The notes beneath the pieces are model-generated. The model made no database searches. It had not been told where the DNA came from and was given only the letters and a program-made list of their open reading frames with translations. Shown piece after piece: positions 40,444-51,157 of a DNA stretch of 64,000 nucleotides (position 1 is its first letter; each line of letters opens with the position of its first letter). The translations under genes were made by a program, and so were the position numbers. The stretch is from Lama guanicoe (lineage: Eukaryota), in assembly GCA_013239625.1 (NCBI GenBank), contig MU053559.1, forward strand, positions 2,772,324 through 2,836,323. Direction: 5' to 3'.

Positions 40444-41719
40444 AAGGCAATGAGGGCAGATGATGTTGCAAGGTTTGGGTAAAACACATGGTATACTTAT
40501 TAACCATAATCATGTATTAATTCACTTTCAGGAAGAAGAAATGTTACAATATTATAACCAATATTTGGTGGTGGGGAGACAGGGTAACAAGCTAGTAAGA
40601 AAGAAAATTGCTCTTGAAATTTTAGTACCTATTTTAAAAGGCAAATAGTAGGAAGGGTGTTTCTCTCTCAAGTGTCTGAGGGCTTTTGGACCTAGTTAAG
40701 TATATTCTTCTGAACAGTCCTTTCCACAGTGTGTTCCTCAACTCTCTCTGTTCAGTAGCTCATTAATTTAGACTCCACAGATATGCAATCGCAGATAATT
40801 CCAACTAAATGGAGATTTACCTTAGCATTCTGAAGCACTGTTTTTCCAAAGTATTGTTTTATGGAAAAGAAATTTTCCATTTGTAAAAAATTTGTAAGCT
40901 ACACAGCAGATCACAATGTAAAACAATTCTTCCCACTGTCATGATGGGGAAAAAAATTCTGACAAACACTGCTCTAAAGGTCTGCCAAAGAGGTAACCTC
41001 CATTCCTTTGTTGTATTAGAGAGTGAGACACTCCACTCAGATTTAAGACAACCAAAAGCTTCCACTAGGCAATTTTTAAGCTATGATGCATACCATCTCT
41101 TCAAGACCTCCCCATCTTCTTAAAACTGAGTACAGAAAACACAACTGAACCATTTCTTTGGTTAAGGTAAACGTAATTTAACCAAAAAAGTATTAAGAAA
41201 AGAAAATTATTACTCTGTACTATTTTAATAAAACAAGGTCATTTAGGAACTCACCTTAAACTACACAGTCTTAAATTGCTTTTATCTCCTTTATTCTTTT
41301 TACACAATCACCTGATTCTTTCTACTACACTATCTGGCATCAGCATGCTCTAGCATCTGGCAACTTCTCCCCTAATTCACATCTTCTAACCTGTAGGACA
41401 GGAAAGCAAATAAGCAGCCATTCATATCAGACTAGCATCTGAAATAAAAATAAATAAACTCAGTACATGGACTGTGAGACATTTTTTGGCTTAGAGACCT
41501 TCCCTTTTGGCTTACCTCGTATTTCAGAAAGTTATGAATGATAGATAAAGATCCCCCAGACAGTGAAGATGATTTAATAAAAATACAATTAAGGGGGGAA
41601 AGGGGGAATTAAAGGGTGACAGTAAAGGTAAAAAATTATTAAATGAAAGCTATTAAAGGGACCACCACACAAGTAAACATAAATGAGAATGAAGAGCTAC
41701 TGAGAGTTTTAACCATTAC

Positions 41720-42155
41720 AGGACACATTAGCAACAAAATGGATAAATAAGCTCAAACATTTTTATGCTGGAATACTACTCAGCAATAAAACTGAATGAT
41801 GTAGTGCTACATATGGATGAATAACATGGATGAATCTCAAATGTGTTGTTGAGAAAAAGCAGCCAGACACAAGAGTATACAGGGTTCCATTCTATAAAGT
41901 TTTAAAATAAGCAAAACTAATCTATGATAATGAAGATTAAAAGAGTGGTTACCTTTGGGGAAGAGGGTGGAGGTAACAACTGGGAAGGGGCACGAGGTGC
42001 TTGAGGAGTGCTATGACTATCCCATTTCCCAATTTGAGGTGGCATTTACAAAATGTGTTCACTTTGTGATAAGTCACTAAACTGCTAGCACACTTACAGT
42101 ATGTGGATTCAACGGTGTTCATGCTACACTTCAATGAAACAAAGTTTACTTAAAA
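41720..42155 (+). mobile_element. L1ME-like 3' end
   Basis: ggaatactactcagcaataaaa...acatggatgaatctcaaa...aaaactaatctatg...gtggttacctttggg...atgctacacttcaat. Confidence 0.75.
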
Positions 42156-42287
42156 ACAAAAATCATCATGCAAGGGACTTCTAGTTAAAGAATTCAGTTG
42201 AACAACTAAGTTTATCTCTGCTCCCTTCCAACACCTCTGAAATAAGAGTAAAGAAATTAAAAGTCACCCTTAAGAACAAATAGAAGT

Positions 42288-42873
42288 ATGGCAGACTGTA
42301 CTTTCCAACACTGACCACAATAACACTCCCCTCCCACCCCCTCAGACATACTCTTCTGCAGTCTGACCACTGTGCCACTGTCCCATACAGATGACATTTC
42401 TGTCCCCTCCCCTAGGATCTGGTTGGGGCTTGTGACTGTTTTGACCAATAGATTACGGCAGAAATGTCACATTGTGGCTTCTGAGGAAAGATCATAAAAG
42501 GACATACAGCTTCCACCTGATTCTCTTATTAACCCAAGCTGCCATGTAACAAGCCCAACTGCCTTAAAGCAACCACGCTGGGAAGGCCACATGTAGGCCT
42601 GTGGGTTGACAGCTGCAGCTAGGCCCAGCCTTCTAGCTATCCCTGTCAAGGTGCCACATATATGATGAAGAAGCCACCTTCAAAGTAGATCCTATAGCCC
42701 CAGCTGTTGAAGTTTCCCTCTACCATGAGTCATCAGGCCCTAATCATGTGGGGCCAAAATAACAAAACAAAAAGGACATCACTGTTTGCAAATTCCTAAC
42801 CCACAGAACCTATGAACATTTAATAAAATGGTGATTTGGGGGTGGTTTCTTATAGAGTAAGATAACCAGACCA
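42288..42873 (+). mobile_element. MaLR solo LTR (MLT1F/G/H-like)
   Basis: gtgactgttttgaccaataga...gctgccatgt...aaattcctaacccacaga...aataaaatggt...gataaccaga. Confidence 0.8.
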
Positions 42874-43724
42874 GAATGGGAGAGGACAGTAAACAAAGCA
42901 GATCAATAAACTTTTGAAAGACAAAATGCAGATAAAATGCCAAGTGTCTTAGGTTTCAGACAAGACAGAAACCCATCCAAGCAGTAGAATACTAGACAGG
43001 TCCAAGATACAGTAGCAAGAACTGAAGAAAGGAAGATTATGAAAAAAACAGAATGAGAACTAGTTAAATCCCTAGATGTCCTCTAGATCAGGCTGCCAGG
43101 GAACTGTCTCTCCCCTATTCTCTCCTCCCCCATACCAACAAAAGGCCAAACATTTAAATCTAGAGATGCTGGATAGAAACAGAAACACCAAGCACAGAAG
43201 TGAGGGATGTCACATAGTCCACTTCCCTATTTTGGCTACCAAGGCACTAGGCTAGTAGGCCAGCACCAGGATGGGGGTGACACGAAGTCCCAGAATGCTA
43301 GCTGTCCAACAGGCCTAGCGGTCTATACAACCACAGCAATCTGTCAAGGATACACTTAATTTAAAAAAAAAAAAGCAACTATAAATCAATGTGTTTGACC
43401 ATACTGCAGCTACATACATGAGAGAGAGAATTAAAACTAAACAAAAGGCCTATTTACTCCTGAAAAAAAAAAAAGGAAAGAAAATTTCGTACATTAAAAG
43501 GAAAAGTAATCATAGTGAAAAGCACTTGTTTATATAGTCTTCAACACTGATTTAACCCAACATCATAACACTGTGGGAGAATAGGAAAATATGGGGGCAA
43601 ATGGAGCAGATAGGTGGGAGGTTATCTTCCACTGTGGAAAAATATCTAGCTATCCAGCCTTCTAGCTATCCCTGCCAAGGTGCAACAGATATGATGAAGA
43701 AGCCACCTTGAAAGTAGATCCTAA

Positions 43725-43886
43725 GGGGAGGGTAGAGCTCAAATGGTAGAGCACATGCTTAGCATGCACGAGGTCCTAGGTTCAATCCCCAGTACCTTCT
43801 CTAAAAATAAATAAACCTAACTATCTCCCCCACCCCTGCCAAAATAAAATAATTAAATAATACAGTAATAAATATTTTAAAAAGGT
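43725..43886 (+). mobile_element. tRNA-Ala-derived SINE (camelid Vic-1-like)
   Basis: ggggagggtagagctcaaatggtagagcacatgcttagcatgcacgaggtcctaggttcaatccccagtacc followed by an aataaacctaa tail. Confidence 0.88.
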
Positions 43887-44639
43887 AAATATCTAAAACC
43901 TTAAAAATCAACAAGCACCAGCATTGGCTATGTAAAATATGATGATAAATACTAGAAAAAGGAGCTACAGAAATGGAAAGGGGATGCCTTTGGGAAATAG
44001 AAGCATTCTTTTTACTTAAAAGTATACTAGAACTCTACACTTGATGTGAATTATGTATCAATAAAGCTGTCACTAACAAAAAAGGATGAATTAAATTTTA
44101 AAAAGAAAAAATACTCTGGGAGCACACAGAGCAATTGGTTCCACTTTTATAGGATAAGGGAAACCTTCATAAAAGGGAAAAAGGGGCCGCTGAAAAAGTA
44201 CTGAAATAAAAATGACACAAAGTATAGAGGAAGAAATTAAAAAGTTTTATGGGGGCCCAAATGCTGAGGGACATCAGATGCCACTCCAGTCAATAGGAAG
44301 AAATCAAAGGTTTTTGAGTAGGTAGTTAGCACTGAGGGGAGTACAGATTTTTCTCTCTGAACAGACCAAAATCTTTAAGTGTTAGACTACTACAAAATCC
44401 AAGGAAACCAAGAGGCAGAGAAAAAGAATTATAGCCAAAGTACATATACAGATGTCTTTGAGCATTTGCATTTGTCTCTAATTTTTAAAACAGTTATAAA
44501 CTTGTAATTTTAAACGGTCAAGAAGGGAATGATGGTAAATTTGACTTTAGAACAATGTAAACATTTTACAACCATGTGAATCTTTTAAACGTTACAATGT
44601 AAAACATAAAAAAAAAATTACAAGTTAAAAAATCCACCC

Positions 44640-45020
44640 CTAAAAAAGCCAAAAGCAAATTGAAACAAACAAACCTTACTGTGTAGCCAGTTGATAATAT
44701 AACCAGACAGAGAATGATTATTTTAAGGAAGTTTAAAACACAGTAATTTGACCAAACATTCCCAGTGGAATATATCCTAAGGGCAAAAAGAACTACAAAA
44801 AATCCTCAAACAACAAAGAGTAACCACATCGTGGTAATGTTGGTATTGTTATTCTAACACCACTAATAACGTGTATAGTCTGTGATAAAAACAATCAGGT
44901 AATTATGCTACTGTCTTTGAGAACCAAAATTTTCATCAAGGAAGAAAATTCAGTGACAAAACCACTGCAGTTTGTGTATAAACTGAAAGATCTGCATTAA
45001 ATCATAATTTTACCTTTAAA
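44640..45020 (+). mobile_element. L1MC/L1ME-type 3'UTR fragment
   Basis: aacacagtaatttgac...cccagtggaatatatcctaagggcaaaaagaact...ggtaatgttggtattgttattct. Confidence 0.55.
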
Positions 45021-45029
45021 ATAAAGAAT

Positions 45030-46185
45030 GCAGAGTGACATTAGTGAAAATGGTGGAGCAAGGACCCCCACCAATTCTTCTCCAGTGAGAAAACTAGCAA
45101 ATATTGTCATAATCAACTTTGTAATAACTCTAGAAGCTAACCAAAAGCTTTCAGAAGTCTGGGAAGGGTTTGCTCAAGAGAAATGGCTGAATCTTGGTAA
45201 AAACAGAGAGCTTTGTGGCTTTTTAACTTGCCCTAGTCCCAGTTTCCCTCGCCATCTTCCACAGTAGACTTGAAAACTAACAGCATGGACTTGTGATACA
45301 AGCCAGCAGCCTGAAAAGCCAGCAAAGGATGCTGACGCTCCTTCCAAGACTCATTTCCAAGAAATCTGTAATTATTTAACCTGTCTGATGGTTTCCTGAA
45401 GACCCCACTTGCAAGGCTCTATTTCACATGACTTGGGGGGCTTGCCCACTACAAAAAAGCCTCTACTCCAGGGACATTTACCAGAAACTATTCCAAGAAA
45501 TTAATTGTTTGACTTGCTAAAGCAGTGGATAACAGTTGGAACAAACAATGGAATAATCAAAAAACCCTAAAAGGAAAAGTGGAGGAATGAGATGTCCTCC
45601 TAATAGCTTTCAAAGGGGCCAACAAATACGAAAAACCTGAGAATCAATGCCGATCACAAACACAGGCTATCACCATACCCAAGAAAGAGCTGAGAAGACC
45701 CCTTAACAAAGACTAGGAGACTTATTGGTACTAAGCAATTAAGGAAATCTTTGTCTAATAGTTAGCTACATACTAAGATAAATAAGGAGAGATTTCAGTG
45801 GCAATACAAGACAAAGAAGAATACAGACTACAAAATTAGTTCAGAAAGTCACTGTAAACAAAGAAACAACTACTACAACAAACAGCAGAGGGGAAACATT
45901 CTGCTTTCCAGAATTGCTACACTGTATTAAAATGTCCAGTTTTCAACCAAAATTTTTAGATCTGTAAAGGAACAAAAAAAGCATGGTCCACCTTTTTGTT
46001 CCACAGAACAAAAAGCAATCGATAGAAACTGTGCCAGAGAAAGCCCAGATGATATAGGCTTACTAGACAAGACTTTAAATCAATTATCACAAATATGTTC
46101 AAAAATTACAAGAAGCTATGTCCAAAGAACTAAAGTGAAGTATAAGGATAATGTACCAAACAATACAGAATATTGATAAATAGAA

Positions 46186-46225
<40 letters not shown>

Positions 46226-48105
46226 ATAAAGACCAAAAAGAAAGTATAACAACTGAATTTAATAAGTCACTAGAAAGGCTCAACAGCATATTTGAGCAGG
46301 CAGAAAGAATCAATGAACTTGAGGATGGATCAGTTGAGATTATTCAGTCAAGGAACAGAAAAAAGAAAGAGAAAAATGAACAGAGCCTCAGAGACCTGGG
46401 GATATCATGAAGTGTACCAAAACATGCAAATCAGAAGTCACAGGAGAGTTAAGAAAGGGAAAGAAAGAACATTCCAAGAAATAATGGCTGAAAACTTTCC
46501 AAACTTAGTAATTCAAAAAATTAATCTCACAGCCAAAAAGCTCAGTGAACTCCAAATAACTAAACTCAAAACAGATCCACACACAGGCATTTCAGACAAA
46601 TTCAAAAAAAAAAAAAAAAGACGAAGAATTTTGAAAGCCACAAGAGGTGACTCATCATATATAAAGGATCCTCAATAAAATTAATACCTGATTTCTTCAT
46701 CAGATACCAAGGAGGCCAGAAGACAACGGGACAACATGTTAAAAGTACTGAAACGAAAAGATGGTCAACCAACAATTCTATATCCAGCAAAATTATCCTG
46801 AAATATGAAGGAGAAATTAAGATATCCCCCTATAAACAAAAAGCAAATCTGCCAGTAGCTGACCTGCACTGCAAGTAATACAAAAGACAGTTATTCATGT
46901 TGAAATGAAAGAATACTAGACAATAACTGAAACCCACAAGAAAAAATAAGAGTACCACTAAAGGCTAACTAGCCAGGTATATACAAAAGGGAGTATAAAT
47001 GCATTTTGGGTTTGTTAAATTAATTTTCTCCTATATGACCTAACATTCAATAAAGCAATAATCATATATCTGTGTTGATGGGAACATAATGCATAAAAAT
47101 GCAACATGTGACATTAACAGCACAAAGGAGCTATATAGGAGCAAGGTCCTTGCATACTACTGAAATTAAGTTGGTATTAATTAGAACCAGTAGTAAGTTC
47201 CCAGGGCAACCACTAAAAAAGATAACATGATAAAATTAACAAAAAGGGAATTAGAATACTATACCAGAAAATCACACACACATAAAAAAAGTTGGAAATG
47301 GAGGACTAGAGAATAAAAATGACAGAAGACACATAGAAGACAAATAGTAAAATGGTAGCTTTAAGTCCTATCTTATCAGTAATCACATAAAACATAAATG
47401 AATTAAGCACTCTTACAATTAAAAGGCACAGATTGGCAAAATGGATAAAAAGGCAAGATCCAACTATATGCTTCCTAAAAAAGACACACTTTAGATTCAA
47501 AGACCAAAATAGGATAAAACTAAAGGGATACAAAAATATGTACCATACAAACAGTAACCAAAACAGAGTTGTTGTGGCTATAGTAACATCAGACAAAATA
47601 TACTTTGAAACAAGTAATATTAGTAGGCACAAAGAAGAACATGCTATGGCAAATTCACCAAGATATAACAATTAAAAACAAGTATGCACATTTAACAACA
47701 GAACTCAAAATACCTGAAGCAAAAGCTGAATTGAAGAAAAATAGACAATTCAACAGAAATAGTTGCAGACCACAATACTGCACTTACAGTAATCAATGTA
47801 TCAGCAAAGAATTAGAAGATCTGAAGAACACTATAAACCAGTAAAACCAAAAAATCCATCTATAGAACACTCCCTCCGATAACAGCAGAAAACACATTCT
47901 ACTGATGTGCACATGGAACATTCTCCAGGATGAATCACAAAGCAAGTCTCCATAAATTTAAAAGGACTGAAATCATAACAGCTATGACCTCTGACCAAAA
48001 TGGAACAAAATTAGAAATCAATGTAACAAAAAAACTTTGGGAAATTCACAAATTATGGAAATAACACAATCCAAAATAACTAATAGGTCAAGGAAGAATG
48101 CACAA
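45030..48105 (+). mobile_element. Old L1M 5' region, ORF1 and ORF2 endonuclease remnant
   Basis: ORF 46292-46678 resembles ORF1p (EIMAENFPNL...ILKATR). ORF 47433-47675 resembles the L1 endonuclease (WIKRQDPTICFLKKTHF...VAIVTSDKI). Confidence 0.88.
46189..46219 (+). repeat. (TA)n microsatellite
   Basis: Directly visible. Confidence 0.95.
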
Positions 48106-50869
48106 TGTTTAACCACTGCACATTATGATTAGCATATTAGACAGAAAATAAATCAACTCATTTCTTAACAGAATAAACAGCTAAACTTATTTTAAGAGAA
48201 ATTCATGTTAAAGGGCCTAAAACTTTTTTTCCAGGTTTTTTGTTTTAAAAAATTTCAGTTTCTATATAAATTACACTATAACAAGTTAGAAAGAACAAAA
48301 AGGACAAAAATCACAGAATTTGAGGTAGAATGAATTATAAAAGCCCCCTAATTTTTAAATTGTAGAATTGTGTTCAGCATGGACATTGAAATTACCGTTA
48401 TCCTCTGCCTCAGATGCACTGATGCCTCCCAAGTTTTCACTTGCCTATTCAACTGAATAGGGAAACATCTCTATGTACCACCTCTCCTCTTCTAAAATCT
48501 TCTGAATCACATTATTTTGAGTGTTTTAAGAATTTCGGAGAAGGATTTTGTTGTTTTGCTGGCCTTAATATGGCAAAAGAAACAGAATATTCTGTTACAT
48601 CGGTATGTTTGTTATGGGAATCTAAAGAGTAACTGCTATTTGATGGCAAACCAAAACAGTGACATTCTGCTATAACCCAGCTTATCTTTCAGCTTCTCTC
48701 TATACGTGTAAATATATACTTTTTTAAAACAATATAACAGAAAGCATTTGATGTCAAAAGTAAGCACTGTAGTTATTTAAACCTTGTCCCCAAAATAATA
48801 CAGCTATGGGTCAAGCCCTGACACAAGGGAACAGCTTTGCAATGATATGTTATGGTCACCGACTGATACTGTGAAAAGTTAAGATTTCCATGTAAATTTG
48901 ATTTTTTAAGACTTACTTCATTCAGGTGACATAGTATCTTTAGGTAAAAATTTTCACAATTCAAACCTTGAATTGCTGTAATAGTAAATGAAAGACTTTC
49001 AGTTCCACCAAACTGGAGTAGCTTCATTTCTCTCAGGTACTCCCTCTTACAACTAAAAAATCCTGAATATGATAGGACAAATAAGCATAGGAAGTATCTA
49101 AAAGGTGAGGAAAAGGCAGCAGACTTCCTAGAGACAACAGGACTTGAGGAATGACAAGGCAGTGAGTTCCCTGGGTTTTCTTACTGCCTCCCATACTTCC
49201 AGGACTGGGTGCTACTTCAGAAGCCCCTGATCTAGTACCACCAAAGTCACAGACCAAAAAACCTCCAAAAAGTCTTTTCCTCCTAGGAAAAAGACTAGGG
49301 GAAAAGTAGGCTGCCAACAGAAGCCTTTTTAGCAATACCCACCATGCTTCAGCCAAACATCAATGGAAAATACACATGCACACTTATGCAAACTGTCTAG
49401 TTTCAGTGAGGCCAAGCATGCAGCAAATCTTCCATACTTCCTTCCTCTCAATTGGGGTGGGGAGCAGGCAGTGCCAATCCGAGTCCACTCCCAGGGTAGT
49501 GTTGGCACAACAAAACAAGCAGTTGATCTTCTATTCCCCACACGGAGGGTGATCCAGTTCCCCAGACAGGATGGTATGGAAGAGGCTGAGCAGGAAGCAG
49601 ATCTTCCTGGCCCTGCAGAACCAGGGCTTCAATACCCCTGCTGGGTTACAGCAAAACTGAAAGAGGAGCTGAACTTTCACACCCTACACCCAGTGGAAAC
49701 AACTGGTGCTCAGATTCACCCATTTAAGGTAGCATTAGCGGGGTCAAGAGCAAGCTGGGCCACCACTACTACCCAGTAGCAAGGAGACTTAACAAAGCTG
49801 TGTGAGGCAGCATTAGTCACTAATACACTTGAAAACACACACAGACACACACACGCACTCACGCATGCCTGGTATCAGCATGAACCAGAGAAGAACTGAA
49901 ACAGCACCCTACCTGGCATCAACAAGACTGAACAAGGTGGTATGAGTTGGCACCAGTCAGCATTCCACCTTCCCCTCCTCCCCTGGTGTCAGCAGGGAAC
50001 AGTAGGGAGCTGAACCTTCAAACACACCCAGCAGTAAGATTGAATGAAGAGGTCAAGCAAGATGGAGCAGCCGACAATCCATTTCACACATTCTCTGGGT
50101 GCCAGTGATGCCCAGAGGGAGCTGAGCTTCCACCACCCACCACTTGGCATCAACTCAGGGGAAGCGGTACAAAGTAGGGAGCTTCTCCTCCACCCCGCAG
50201 CATCAGAGTGGTGTGAGTTAGCCCTCCACTTCTGTCTTGCTGGGAAGCATGACCTATCAGAAAGCTGATCTTACACCTCCCCGACTCAGAGGCAACAAAG
50301 TGGTATAAACTGGTGCCCAACTTTTGCCAAGAAGATATCAGTCAGGACAAGGAGGGATGTGAACTTGCATCCATCAGTCTGGACCAAGACAGTATGACTC
50401 AGTGCCCTACTTTTACCAGGGTGGTTGTCAGCAGGGCCCAGCCAGAAGCTGAACATATGGAGCCACCCAGTCCTGGCACTACACCTCAGCAAGGAGACTA
50501 CCTACTATAAAAAAGAATAGGATCCAGAATTCTCATAATATGAAATCCAAAATGTCCAGAGTACAACTGAAAATCACTCACCATACCAAAAGCCAGAAAA
50601 GTACAAAGTGAATGAGAGAAAATAATCAACAGATGCAACACTGAGATGAACCAGGTTTTTGAGGAATTACCTCTGATGAAGATTTTAAAGCAGTCAACAT
50701 AAATGCTTCAACGAGCAATTACAGCTGCTCTTGAAACAAATGAGAAAATGAAAAATCTCAGCAAAGAAAAGTTATTTTAAAAGAATCAAAGGGAAATTAT
50801 AAAACTAAAAACTACAATAACCAAAATAAAATTCTCTCGATGGGCTCAACAGTAGAATGGAAGTGCTAG

Positions 50870-51157
50870 ACAACAAAGACAGATGAAGAAACTATGGTTA
50901 CCAAAGGGGAAACTGGGGGGGGGGGGGNNNNNNNNNNNNNNNNNGGGGGGGGGGGGGATTAGTAGTCTGGGATTAACATATACACACTACTACATATAAA
51001 ACAGATAAACAAGTGCCTACTGTATAGCATGGGGAACTATGTTCAATATCATGTAATAACCTATAATGGAGAAGAATCTGAAAAATATATATATGTATAA
51101 TTGAATGACTTTGCTGTACACTTGAAACAACACTGTAAATCAACAATACTTCAACTT
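50870..51157 (+). mobile_element. Younger cetartiodactyl-type L1 3' end inserted in the older L1 ORF1
   Basis: tatggttaccaaagggg...gggattaacatatacacactact...ctactgtatagcatggggaactat...cactgtaaatcaac..tacttcaa. Confidence 0.85.
50928..50944. other. Assembly gap (17 N) between two poly-G runs
   Basis: N bases flanked by G homopolymers at 50915-50927 and 50945-50957. Confidence 0.99.

Noticed and set aside
39895..43800. Three tRNA-Ala-like sequences as tRNA genes
   Set aside because: They have extra 5' G-rich bases, mismatched stems, a shared AT-rich tail and target-site duplications, so they are SINEs.
49033..49779. 107-138 aa ORFs in the GC-richer island
   Set aside because: They lie in an old L1 5' region, with no recognisable protein similarity or supporting splice structure.
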